Source: Flavobacteriales bacterium | GTDB lineage: Bacteria > Bacteroidota > Bacteroidia > Flavobacteriales > JANQLC01 | DNA length: 64,000 nucleotides | Assembly (NCBI GenBank): GCA_028280815.1 | Contig: JANQLC010000007.1 | Coordinates: forward strand, 15,037-79,036 | Direction of reading: 5' to 3' | Part shown: in pieces, positions 37,252 to 46,509 of the stretch | Position numbering within the stretch: the first letter of the stretch is position 1 | How the letters are laid out: every line of letters starts with the position of its first letter | Program-made: the position numbers and the translations under genes | Notes under the pieces: generated by a model | Seen by the model: only the letters and a program-made list of their open reading frames with translations | Told to the model about the DNA's origin: nothing | Databases searched by the model: none

Positions 37252-37968
37252 GTGTTGGGAAAGGCTACGCTCCCCAGTTTGTTGACGCTGAGCAACTTGT
37301 TTTTCGGTTGCTTGGCCGCACAGGCGGCTTTCCGAGCTGCCTTTACAGATGCGGCTGCCTTTGTGGCTCTTGGCCTGCTCCTGGATTTTCTCGATGGCTG
37401 GGTAGCCCGAACGCTAGAGGTCGATGATACGATGGGCAGGCAGCTCGACTCCCTGGCCGACCTGGTCACCTTTGGCCTGGTACCCGGCATTTTTATGTGT
37501 GCCCTCATCGACCGAAGCTTAGATGGAACCCGACCATACCTGTCTTACCTCGGTTTTGTCATCACCTTGTCCGCTGCGGTTCGCCTCGCTAAGTTTAATG
37601 CGGATACGCGACAGACCGACTATTTTTTTGGCTTACCCACACCGGCTAATGCCCTATACGTCATTTCACTGATGATGATTTTGATTTTTCAAAATACACC
37701 GACGGTGGATAGGCTGCTCTCCAATACCTATTTTCTGTTGTTTAATGTCTTGATGATTAGTGTATTCATGCTTTTGGATGTCAAATTGTTTTCACTGAAG
37801 ATCAGATCCTTTAGCTGGCGGCAAAATGGGTTGCGCTATGCTTTCCTACTCGTTTCAGCCCTGTTGGTTTGGGAGCTGAAATTCCTGGCTGTACCCTTGA
37901 TCATCGCGCTCTACATCGCGGTGTCCGCCGCGACGGCTATCACCCGATTTAGCAGTTGGTTAGATTGA
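37252..37968 (+). CDS. pssA: CDP-diacylglycerol--serine O-phosphatidyltransferase
   Basis: 238 aa from a GTG start. The CDP-alcohol phosphatidyltransferase motif is DFLDGWVAR..G.QLDSLADLV. Confidence 0.85.
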   Translation: MLGKATLPSLLTLSNLFFGCLAAQAAFRAAFTDAAAFVALGLLLDFLDGWVARTLEVDDTMGRQLDSLADLVTFGLVPGIFMCALIDRSLDGTRPYLSYLGFVITLSAAVRLAKFNADTRQTDYFFGLPTPANALYVISLMMILIFQNTPTVDRLLSNTYFLLFNVLMISVFMLLDVKLFSLKIRSFSWRQNGLRYAFLLVSALLVWELKFLAVPLIIALYIAVSAATAITRFSSWLD

Positions 37969-39243
37969 TTCCAAAACGCGTTCCAAAACCATGCTGCGCG
38001 AGCCTTTGACGAGGATGAATCGGGCGTTTACAACCCGGCTTTCTAAGTTCTTGCGGAAGTCCCTGTACGTTTTGAATTTTTTTACGTTTTCAGCCCCTCG
38101 GGTATGGGTTTGATAAAATCGATTTCCGATGAGAAAGGCTTGTGCAAAACCCAGCGCTCGCAATAGGTCGACGATGGACTGATGGGCCTTGGGGCTGGCG
38201 TCTCCGAGCTCGGCCATATCGCCGAGAATGACCCATTTGCGCCCGCGCTGCGCTTTGAATGCGTTCAGGCTGGCACGCATGCTGGAGGGATTGGCGTTGT
38301 AAGCATCCAAAATGATTTGATACCCACCGCGATCCACGATTTCAGAGCGATTGGAATCAGGCACGTAGGCTTGAATCGCAGCCTGGATTTTGTCCAATTC
38401 CACATCGAAGAACAGCCCTATGGCTACCGCTGCTGCGATACTGGGTATGTTGTACTGCCCGACGAGTCGGGATGGGATCGCCATATCTCGATAGGCCAAT
38501 TCGGCGAATGCCTGGTTTTTTCTGTATCGGAAAACCACGTCAGCCCGGCTGTCTTGACCAAATGTAAAGCGCTTGAGCCCCTGGCTCTGTCGTACCTGTA
38601 ACGCGTCATCGAGATTCACAAAAGCCCTTTTATCCTCCGACCTGAGGAAGTCGTATAACTCGCTTTTGCCTTTTACCACGCCTTCAAATCCGCCAAAACC
38701 CTCGAGGTGTGCTTCTCCGAAATTGCTGATATAACCCAGATCGGGTGCTGCTATCGCGCAGAGCCGGCCGATTTCGCCTTGCCGATCAGCACCCATCTCG
38801 ACGACGGCCAATCGGTGTTTGACAGTTAAATTGAGCAGCGTGAGCGGGACGCCAACCGAGTTATTCCGGTTTCCAGCCGTCGCCAGGGTAGGGTATTTTT
38901 GGCTTAAAACGGCATGGATCAATTCCTTGGTGGTGGTCTTTCCGTTGCTCCCCGTCACGGCCAATAGGGTAGCCTTGGATTTCTGCCTGTGATATCGGGA
39001 CAAATCCTGTAAGGCTTGACGCGCATTGGGAGAGTGGATGAGCCGTGAATTTTCGCCTGATGTGGATCGGTCGTCCACCACAGCGGCTAAAGCCCCTTTT
39101 TCAAGTGCTTGTAAAGCGAATTGGTTGCCATTGAATGCAGGGCCTCGCAGGGCGAAGAAGAGTTGGCCCTTCTCTATTTTCCGCGTGTCGGTGGCGATGC
39201 CCTTGGATTTTAAAAATAAGTCGTGTAGGGCTTGGATTTCCAT
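37960..39243 (-). CDS. murF: UDP-N-acetylmuramoyl-tripeptide--D-alanyl-D-alanine ligase
   Basis: 427 aa. It has the Mur ligase P-loop GSNGKTTT and a MurF-like layout. The murF-gldJ adjacency is as in Flavobacterium. Confidence 0.9.
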   Translation of the reverse strand: MEIQALHDLFLKSKGIATDTRKIEKGQLFFALRGPAFNGNQFALQALEKGALAAVVDDRSTSGENSRLIHSPNARQALQDLSRYHRQKSKATLLAVTGSNGKTTTKELIHAVLSQKYPTLATAGNRNNSVGVPLTLLNLTVKHRLAVVEMGADRQGEIGRLCAIAAPDLGYISNFGEAHLEGFGGFEGVVKGKSELYDFLRSEDKRAFVNLDDALQVRQSQGLKRFTFGQDSRADVVFRYRKNQAFAELAYRDMAIPSRLVGQYNIPSIAAAVAIGLFFDVELDKIQAAIQAYVPDSNRSEIVDRGGYQIILDAYNANPSSMRASLNAFKAQRGRKWVILGDMAELGDASPKAHQSIVDLLRALGFAQAFLIGNRFYQTHTRGAENVKKFKTYRDFRKNLESRVVNARFILVKGSRSMVLERVLESI

Positions 39244-39283
39244 TTGGTAAAAGCAAAGGGGGGCCTGCCGTGCATTGGATCGA

Positions 39284-40792
39284 TCAATTCCTTCGCGTCC
39301 TGCCTCGTGTCTTGTATCCCACCCTGTCCATGGCGCATCGAAAGCCGATCCAGGAGGTGGCTTGATCCGCTCGCATAAACCGGCGCTTGGCTGGGTCTAA
39401 CCAGTAGGCGCGATCGCGCCAAGACCCCCCTTTGACGACCCGTAATTCACCATGCCTACTGGCGGCTTTGCCAGCGACTGGCGCGCGATCTGTGGGGGTG
39501 CCTTCATCGCGGTAGTCACCCGCTGGATATTCAGCTGTATCGCCTAACGCTTTGTAGCGCACTTGGCCGGGTAGGTTGTGGTAAACCAATTTGCCATTGG
39601 GTAAGGTATCGTAGGTAACCGTCTCGTTGATCACGGCTGTCTTTCCATCTTCGCGCATCACCTTTGTAAAAGTGCTGCCCCTATAGTAATTGAGGTCGCT
39701 GATCGATTCATCGATGATCGGCTTATATACATCGGCTACCCACTCTGCTACATTGCCTTCCATATCGTATAACCCCGTGTCATTGGGCGGAAATGCCTTG
39801 GTTTCTGACGGGGTTATAGCCCCGTCATTGGGCCAACCCGCTACACCGCTGTAATCGCCGGTCCGCCGCTTGAAATTGGCGAGGAAGTCACCGCTTTTGC
39901 TGATGCGTCGACTTCGCAGCTGCTCGATGGGTGATTTCCTTCCCTTTCGCGTATTGTAAACGCGCCCTTGACTGGGAACCACAGCTGCATATTCCCACTC
40001 CACTTCAGTGGGGAGGCGGTAAGCGGGGAGCAATATCCCATCTTCTCGCCCGACCACGTCGCTTTTCCGCTTCTTGCCGCGCTTAACCGCTCTGCCTGAC
40101 GAGGTGCCACGAGCTGTGGAGTCGCTTGCCACCGGATTCGAGGCATCGGATTCATTTAAATAGGCTTCGGTGGAAAAGTGGTCGGCACCATAAGCCTCAG
40201 CTGCATCTCTCTCGTTTATATAGCCCGATTTGATCAGGATTCGTTCGTTTACGCGATCGGTTCGCCAGGCTGCATAACGCTTGGCCTGAAGCCAGTTCAC
40301 GCCCACTACGGGGTAGTAGTTGTAAGCGGGATGCCAAAGGTAATTTTTTACGTACACCTCGTTGTATGAAAGCGCATGGCGCCATACGGTGGTATCCGGT
40401 AAAGCGCTCGACCATATTTTGGAAAACCGCTCATCAGTGGGTGGAAAAACCTTTTTGAGCCAGCTGAGGTATTCCCGATAGGCGATGTTGGTCACTTCCG
40501 TTTCGTCCATATAGAATGAATGCACCTGTTGCCGTGTCGGTGCATTATTCCAGTCGTGCATGACGTCTTCTCGGGTGCGTCCCATCACGAAAGTCCCCCC
40601 CTCGATAAAGACCAATCCCGGCCCGGCTTTTTGGTGATTGCGACGGATTTTGACTTGAGATACGCCCGCTGGACCGCTGAGGTCCCAACCCGTGGTTTCG
40701 GATCTGCCATTCCTGCCTCTGCCGCCGAAAAAAAGACTGCAACTCGAAAGGAATAGGGAGGGTACGATGCGGATTAAAGCGCTTTTCATCAT
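39284..40792 (-). CDS. gldJ: Gliding motility lipoprotein GldJ (SUMF1/FGE-like, GldK paralogue)
   Basis: 502 aa with a lipobox (LFLSSC|S). FGE-type motifs are VEWEYAA, KGGSW and GFRC. It sits next to murF. Confidence 0.85.
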   Translation of the reverse strand: MMKSALIRIVPSLFLSSCSLFFGGRGRNGRSETTGWDLSGPAGVSQVKIRRNHQKAGPGLVFIEGGTFVMGRTREDVMHDWNNAPTRQQVHSFYMDETEVTNIAYREYLSWLKKVFPPTDERFSKIWSSALPDTTVWRHALSYNEVYVKNYLWHPAYNYYPVVGVNWLQAKRYAAWRTDRVNERILIKSGYINERDAAEAYGADHFSTEAYLNESDASNPVASDSTARGTSSGRAVKRGKKRKSDVVGREDGILLPAYRLPTEVEWEYAAVVPSQGRVYNTRKGRKSPIEQLRSRRISKSGDFLANFKRRTGDYSGVAGWPNDGAITPSETKAFPPNDTGLYDMEGNVAEWVADVYKPIIDESISDLNYYRGSTFTKVMREDGKTAVINETVTYDTLPNGKLVYHNLPGQVRYKALGDTAEYPAGDYRDEGTPTDRAPVAGKAASRHGELRVVKGGSWRDRAYWLDPAKRRFMRADQATSWIGFRCAMDRVGYKTRGRTRRN

Positions 40793-40824
40793 GATCTACA
40801 GCCGGTTTGATTAGACTTGTACCC

Positions 40825-40845
40825 TGCAAATTAAATACATTTGCA
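40825..40845. promoter_or_regulatory. Perfect 7-bp inverted repeat TGCAAAT-N7-ATTTGCA, 33-53 nt upstream of gldJ
   Basis: Seen directly at 40825-40831 and 40839-40845. It is a possible operator. No known consensus is assigned. Confidence 0.3.
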
Positions 40846-41066
40846 TAAATTTACCTAATTTTAAAGGTAGGCAAGTGCAAAGGCTTGCGCAGGAAATGTA
40901 TCGTTCAGCTGGCTTGGGTTTTAATCCTATGTGATTGGGCTATCACTGTGAAGGTGAAGGCTTCGGATGTAAAAATCTCGCTATCCTTGGATTGGGTTTT
41001 AAGTATATGTGATGTCGCAAGTGGGTGGGATTCGATTCGCTTTTCCACAGTGCTTTAAACCGAGAT

Positions 41067-41549
41067 ATGAAGCGGCGTCAGGTCATTACCTATACCGAAT
41101 ACCGATCTCTTTCAGAATTGGGTGAAAACATGCAGCGTCTCTTTAAGCGTGCCTTAAAGGTACAACGGGATGCTTATGCGCCTTATTCCAAATTTAAGGT
41201 AGGCGCTGCAGTCCGCCTCGAAGGCGGTCAGATCCTGTGCGGGAGTAACCAGGAGAACGCCGTTTATCCGGTGGGGCTATGCGCAGAGCGCGTAGCCATT
41301 TTTCAGGCTGGTGCGCTGTACCCCGATGTGCGCATATGCGATCTGGTCATACTGGCCGGCGGTGAACGCGCCGCGAACAATCGGCCTGTACCCCCTTGTG
41401 GAAGTTGTAGACAAGCCATAGCTGAATACGAGTGCCGGCAGGGATATCCCATTCGGATCGCCTTTGGTGGAGCGGATGGGGGGGCCATAATAGAAGTGAG
41501 GACGGTTGCGGGTCTGCTGCCCTTTGGCTTTTCAAAAGCCTTCTTGTAA
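41067..41549 (+). CDS. cdd: Cytidine deaminase
   Basis: Zinc motifs are CAERVA and PCGSCRQ. The start at the internal Met (41067) is preferred. Confidence 0.85.
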   Translation: MKRRQVITYTEYRSLSELGENMQRLFKRALKVQRDAYAPYSKFKVGAAVRLEGGQILCGSNQENAVYPVGLCAERVAIFQAGALYPDVRICDLVILAGGERAANNRPVPPCGSCRQAIAEYECRQGYPIRIAFGGADGGAIIEVRTVAGLLPFGFSKAFL

Positions 41550-41629
41550 TCCGCACCATATAGTTTGTAATTAATTTGTAATTAAAGTGTAAATTTGCTG
41601 GGCGGAAACCCTACAATTCCTATTGTTTT

Positions 41630-42628
41630 ATGCGTAAAGTCGGGAAGGAAACCTATCTCGGGTGGTATGCGGATATGCTCTTTTGGCGAAAGTTTGAAGA
41701 CAGGTGTGCCGCTTTGTATATACAGCAAAAGATCAGGGGCTTTTTGCACCTCTACAGCGGGCAGGAGGCGATCTTGGCGGGTGCTTTGCACGCGATGGAT
41801 CTGGCTCAGGATCGAATGATTACGGCGTATCGGAATCACGTTCAGCCCATGGGTATGGGGGTGGATCCCAAACGCGTCATGGCAGAGTTAATGGGACGGG
41901 TTACCGGTACCTCAAAGGGTTTTGGAGGTTCGATGCACATCTTTTCAAAAGCGCATCGATTCTATGGTGGTCATGGCATTGTAGGCGGTCAAATCCCCTT
42001 GGGGGCCGGCATCGCTTTTGCCGATAAGTATTTCGGCCGCCAAGCGGTGACCCTCTGCTTTATGGGTGATGGCGCGGTGCGCCAGGGCTCCTTTCACGAA
42101 ACCCTAAACATGGCTATGAACTGGAAGTTACCCGTGGTTTTCGTCTGTGAAAACAACCACTATGCGATGGGTACCTCGGTAGCCCGTACGGCCAGTCAAA
42201 CGGATATCTATAAACTGGGCTTGGGCTGCGGAATGCCTTCGGCCCCCGTCGATGGAATGAATCCCATACGCGTGGCAGAGTCGGTCTATGAAGCCATTGA
42301 GCGCGCCAGGCGTGGAGGTGGCCCTAGTTTTTTGGAGGCCAAAGCCTATCGCTATCGCGGGCATTCGATGAGTGATGCACAGACTTACCGCACCAAGGGG
42401 GAGGTGGCGGAATACAAGAAAATCGATCCGATTACCCAGGTATTGCAGATCATTCAGGAGCGCGGCTACGCTTCTGAAAAACAAATCGATGCCATCCGTG
42501 ACCAGGTGGCGGAACAGGTGGCAGCCTGTGTGGAATTTGCTGAGGAATCGGCGTTTCCGCCAGCGGATTTGTTGTACCGAGAAGTGTATGAACAAGCGGA
42601 TTATCCCTTTGTAGATCAAATCGACTGA
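41630..42628 (+). CDS. pdhA: Pyruvate dehydrogenase E1 component, alpha subunit
   Basis: 332 aa. The TPP-binding region is GDGA..QG...E..N. The family motif is YRYRGHSMSD. Confidence 0.9.
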   Translation: MRKVGKETYLGWYADMLFWRKFEDRCAALYIQQKIRGFLHLYSGQEAILAGALHAMDLAQDRMITAYRNHVQPMGMGVDPKRVMAELMGRVTGTSKGFGGSMHIFSKAHRFYGGHGIVGGQIPLGAGIAFADKYFGRQAVTLCFMGDGAVRQGSFHETLNMAMNWKLPVVFVCENNHYAMGTSVARTASQTDIYKLGLGCGMPSAPVDGMNPIRVAESVYEAIERARRGGGPSFLEAKAYRYRGHSMSDAQTYRTKGEVAEYKKIDPITQVLQIIQERGYASEKQIDAIRDQVAEQVAACVEFAEESAFPPADLLYREVYEQADYPFVDQID

Positions 42629-42647
42629 GCCGAAAAGGAAAATTGCT

Positions 42648-43946
42648 ATGGCAGAAGTGATTAGAATGCCCCGCCTGAGCGACACGATGGAAGAAGGCGT
42701 ATTGATCCAATGGCATAAGCGGGTGGGCGACCCGGTTGAAGCGGGTGATATATTGGCCGAAATCGAGACGGATAAAGCCGTTCAGGAGTTTGAATCCTTT
42801 TATGACGGGACGCTGCTCTACGTGGGCTTGAAGGAGGGGGAACGCGCGCCCGTAGATGCTGTTTTGGCGATTATTGGCGAGGCGGATGAAGATGTTAAAG
42901 TGCTTATCGCTAAGGGTGAAGATGCCAGTTCAGCTGCTGGAGCGGCGAGCGATGGGTCTGCTTCCAAAGAGGCGAACGATGGGACTGTTTCCAAACAGAT
43001 GGCTGAAGAGAAAGCGGTGAAACCCGTAGCGGCTGCTGGAGAGGCGGCCGATGGGACTGTTTCCAAACAGCTTGAAGAAAAAGCGGGGCAGTCCGTTACC
43101 CATCGAATTTTGGCTTCCCCGCTGGCGAAAAAGCTGGCCCGAGAAAGCGGGATTGACTTGCGTCAGGTACGGGGGACTGGCGACAACGGCAGGATCGTAA
43201 AAAGCGATGTGGAGGGATTTGAACCCCCGATTCGGCAAACGCCGGAGGCGCGTATTCCCCAGTCGGCTGAATCGGCGGAAATCCCCGTATCCCAGCTGCG
43301 AAAAACCATCGCTGAGCGCCTGACTGAGTCGAAGTCTACGGCGCCGCATTACTACCTGAGTGTAACGGTCGATATGGAAAACGCCTGGATCTCGCGCAAA
43401 CGGATCAATGCCATGCCCAATGTTGCGATCTCCTTCAACGATATGATCACCAAAGCCACGGCTATGGCCTTGCGCCGGCATCCCGAGGTAAACAGCAGCT
43501 GGGCAGGTGATAAGATCATCCAACACGCCGATATCCATATCGGCATGGCCGTGGCAGTAGAAGCGGGCTTGTTGGTACCGGTCATTAAACATGCAGATCA
43601 CAAGGGCATGATTCAAATTTCGGCTGAGGCGGAAGACTTGGCCGAGAAGGCCAGAAGGCGTAAAATTGCCGCAGCTGAAATGGCCGACAGTACCTTTACC
43701 GTCTCCAACCTCGGCATGTTCGGTATCGAATCCTTTACATCGATTATCAACCAGCCGAACGCTTGTATTTTGTCGGTGGGCGCTATCGCTGAGAAGCCCT
43801 TAGTCAGAGACGGTCAAATTGCGGTGGGACACATCCTGCAGTTGACCCTGGCTTGCGACCACCGCACGGTGGATGGTGCTACGGGCGCGGCTTTTCTGCA
43901 AACGCTGAAGTCCATGCTGGAAACCCCTTGGGCGATGCTGATGTAA
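42648..43946 (+). CDS. pdhC: Dihydrolipoamide acetyltransferase (E2) of the pyruvate dehydrogenase complex
   Basis: 432 aa. It has a lipoyl domain (EIETDKA), an E3/E1-binding domain (ASPLAKKLARESGIDL) and the catalytic motif DHRTVDG. Confidence 0.9.
   Translation: MAEVIRMPRLSDTMEEGVLIQWHKRVGDPVEAGDILAEIETDKAVQEFESFYDGTLLYVGLKEGERAPVDAVLAIIGEADEDVKVLIAKGEDASSAAGAASDGSASKEANDGTVSKQMAEEKAVKPVAAAGEAADGTVSKQLEEKAGQSVTHRILASPLAKKLARESGIDLRQVRGTGDNGRIVKSDVEGFEPPIRQTPEARIPQSAESAEIPVSQLRKTIAERLTESKSTAPHYYLSVTVDMENAWISRKRINAMPNVAISFNDMITKATAMALRRHPEVNSSWAGDKIIQHADIHIGMAVAVEAGLLVPVIKHADHKGMIQISAEAEDLAEKARRRKIAAAEMADSTFTVSNLGMFGIESFTSIINQPNACILSVGAIAEKPLVRDGQIAVGHILQLTLACDHRTVDGATGAAFLQTLKSMLETPWAMLM
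42951..43070 (+). repeat. In-frame tandem repeat inside the E2 linker (DGSASKE / DGTVSKQ / DGTVSKQ)
   Basis: The perfect 21-nt repeat GATGGGACTGTTTCCAAACAG lies at 42978-42998 and 43050-43070, 72 bp apart. A degenerate copy lies at 42951-42971. Confidence 0.8.
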
Positions 43947-44067
43947 GCTGTTGCTTTTCAAGCTAATGATGGATAAGCCTACCGATGAGTTGGCGCAATG
44001 CTGTGATTTTTTTTTAAATTTAAAGAAAAAAAGCTGCTTTGTGCCGAATAATTCTTACCTTTCCCAC

Positions 44068-44259
44068 ATGAATACAGGTACAGTAAAATTCTTTAACAAG
44101 ACCAAAGGTTTTGGTTTTATTAAAGATCAGGAGTCCGATCAAGAGTACTTTGTCCATGTTACCGGCCTGATAGATGAGATCGGTGATGGGGATGAGGTGA
44201 CTTTTGAGCTTCAAGAAGGAAAAAAAGGATTGAATGCAGTAAATGTTCGCCAAGCGTGA
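44068..44259 (+). CDS. Cold-shock protein (CspA family)
   Basis: 63 aa from the internal Met: MNTGTVKFFNKTKGFGFI..YFVHV (RNP1/RNP2 motifs). Confidence 0.9.
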   Translation: MNTGTVKFFNKTKGFGFIKDQESDQEYFVHVTGLIDEIGDGDEVTFELQEGKKGLNAVNVRQA

Positions 44260-44284
44260 TCGCTTGCTGCAGCAATGAATTTTT

Positions 44285-44310
44285 GGGCCTCGCTTAGCGA
44301 GGCTTTTTTT
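44285..44310 (+). terminator. Rho-independent terminator of the csp gene
   Basis: GCCTCGC (44287-44293), a TTA loop and GCGAGGC (44297-44303), followed by T7 (44304-44310). Confidence 0.65.
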
Positions 44311-46140
44311 GTCCTTGCCCCCTTGTGCAGGCTTGAGCGCTCGGTCTCGTTTTCTCAGCCTTGGGTTTTTTACGTTTGTCTCTCATTCAATTGGCTTGGG
44401 GGATTTGGGGTGCTTGCACGGATGCATTATTGCGTTGGTTGGCGGTGACGTGGCTGGGTTGAGTTGCTGCGTTGGCGGTTGGTTAGCTGTGCTGGCTTGA
44501 ATGGGGTTGATCGGGTTGCGCTGTTGGGTTATTAAGTTGGTTTTTTGACGCTGTTGGTGTGCTTGGGTTGCTTTCTCGGCTTTGTCTTTTTGTGCGCGCT
44601 TCAAGGCTTGGGCCTGCTCTCCAATGCTGTTTGGCAGTTGAAAAGGAACTGTTTTTTCCGCTGGGCTGATCGGCTTTGTCGTGTATTTGTCTCGGCAGGC
44701 CTTTTTACCGTGATCGGTGGGGCAGCAGCTGTAATGCGCTGATTTGAGGGGCGTCCCCGTTTTTTGGTGCCCTCTCTTTGTGGCGGTTAAAAAGAGGGGT
44801 TTGTCCTTTTAAGCTCCGTCTTCTCGCGATCGTTGGAAAGCGGAAATTGCTTTTTGTTTTGGCTTTGCGTGTGTGGGTTCTCAGCGGGTTTGGGCTGCTT
44901 GGGTAGCGGTTGCTTCGACGACTGAGTAGGGCTGGATCGTCGAATGGGTTGGAGCGGTTGGTCTGTCCAGTGAATTGGCTTGTCGCTGTGATGGATTGAG
45001 TGCGTGGATGGATTGGGACTACTCGATTGATTCAGTGAGCTGCTGCGTGGGCCTGTGGGTTGGATTGAGCAGCTCGGATGGGTTTGTCCTTCGTCGAGCG
45101 CCTTGCATGGGATCTTTCTACAGTTGATGTAGGTGGCTTTTGGACTGCGTTGTTTTCCCCCTTCCTTATGCCGGGTTTTTTGCATTTGTCTTTTCTGTGA
45201 TGGGCGTATGCGGGTTTGTCGGTTGGGGGCTGTCATTCCGCTGCGTTTGCATAGGAGGTGCTTTGGTATTGTTCCTGTCGGGATTTTGCATTTGTCTTTT
45301 CTGCGATGGGTGTAAGTGGCTTTTGGGCTTCTCGTTTTTTGTCCCTTGTCCCCATTCGGGCTTTTCGCATGGTTTCGTACAATTTGTGTAGGCAGATTTT
45401 GGTTTCCCTGGCTTGGATTGGGTGCGCGGATGGGTTGGTGGGTTCAGTGAGTCGGTTTGTCGTTGTGGTTGATTGGGCGGGTGAAGGGGTTGACTTATTC
45501 AGTGGGTTGGATTGTTTGAGCTGCTTGGTTTGGTGGGTTGTTGTGATGGGTTCATCGGTGCATGGGTTTGGAAAAGGCGGTTTCTCTTTTGGTCTTTCCC
45601 TTTTGTGACTGTTTGGGATGCTGCACGTATTTCCCCCTTCTCGTTTGAGTTGGTTTGAAATCGCAAAAGCACGACTGTGTCCTCACCATTGAATGGGGGT
45701 TGAAAAAGTGGACGTTGTTTTTTATTTTGTCTTGTGTGGTGTCTTGAGAAGAGGGTGTGACTCTTTTGTCTCTGCCTTGCATGAGACATCTGATCCCTTA
45801 TTCTTTTGTCCTTGTTATCGATCACCAATTTAAAGGAGGAGGAGGTTTGTTTTTATCTCTCGGAGCGGGCCAAAGCTCATGAGCGTTTTTGTCTTTGCCT
45901 CTATGAGACCGTTTGAAAGCGCTGTTTTGTCTTTTGGTGTTCATCGTTGAGACCTTGAAAGGTAGGAGTTATCCTTTGCTTTTGTCCTTTTTTGGGGTGA
46001 GAAGAGCTGTTTTTCTGCGCTCGTCCTTTGTTGGTACTCATCCTGTCTCGCAGTTTAAAAAGCGCGTGCTATCCTTTGTTTTTATCCTTTTTGAGTCGGC
46101 GATCGGCTTTTCGCTCGTCTGGAGTCGACATCTCAGGCGA
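44311..46140. repeat. 1.8-kb gene-free, G+T-skewed tract of nested degenerate repeats
   Basis: TTTGTC occurs 18 times on the + strand, and I saw no GACAAA on the + strand. Near-identical ~37-nt copies lie at 45172-45208 and 45278-45314. There are three GGNTTG-rich blocks. Reverse-complement copies of the ~40-bp unit lie at 45880-46100. Confidence 0.7.
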
Positions 46141-46509
46141 TCAGTTTGCAAAGGCTACTTTGTAGACCGTAGCCACGGCCGACCTTTCACACATTTGAAC
46201 CATTACGTAAAGCGAATCTTGTGCTATTCTATAAGTTTTACAAGGTGCTTTTCGCGGCTCGCTCTGGGAGAAGTCCACCCTACCCCGGTGCAAGATTTGT
46301 TGGACGCGAACCCGGTCTAACCCCAGTGCGCGCATCTGTAGCTCGGCTTCTCGGCTGTAGCGGATTTTTCGTTCGCTCAAGTGTTGCAGCACCCGAGCAT
46401 TGGGAAAGTAAGCACAACGCATAGGGCGATCGCCGAAAAATAGGAATACGAGAACGCATCCCAGGCTTAAGCCCAGGGTGTAAAACCCGAGTCTTTTTGA
46501 GAATCGCAT
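46141..46509 (-). CDS. DUF4258-like small membrane-anchored protein
   Basis: 122 aa with an N-terminal TM helix. The C-terminal part resembles DUF4258 (..SERKIRYS..ILHRGRV..CKTYRI..LYVMV..VATVYKV). Its ATG abuts the ald stop, which suggests operon coupling. Confidence 0.6.
   Translation of the reverse strand: MRFSKRLGFYTLGLSLGCVLVFLFFGDRPMRCAYFPNARVLQHLSERKIRYSREAELQMRALGLDRVRVQQILHRGRVDFSQSEPRKAPCKTYRIAQDSLYVMVQMCERSAVATVYKVAFAN

Noticed and set aside
41630-43946. pdhA is followed directly by E2, with no E1-beta gene between them.
   Set aside because: As I recall, this arrangement (cdd-pdhA-E2 with pdhB elsewhere) is normal for Flavobacteriia. It is not an anomaly.
45400-45560. G-quadruplex potential in GGNTTG-rich blocks, for example GGGCGGGTGAAGGGG..GGG around 45477-45507.
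   Set aside because: Most G-runs are only 2-3 long. Four runs of at least 3 G with short loops are not found; the best case needs a 14-nt loop.
44383-45828. Minus-strand ORFs in the 1.8-kb tract (44383-44604, 44787-45236, 45499-45828) encode basic, P/Q/S/T/N/K-rich peptides with loosely similar KDK..QRQK.. starts. They could be three paralogous disordered proteins.
   Set aside because: The similarity follows directly from the DNA repeats (AAAGACAAA reads as KDK). Composition is pure low complexity. ORFs overlap in alternative frames, and repeat periods are not multiples of three. Not called as genes. Proteomics or Ribo-seq would be needed to revive the idea.
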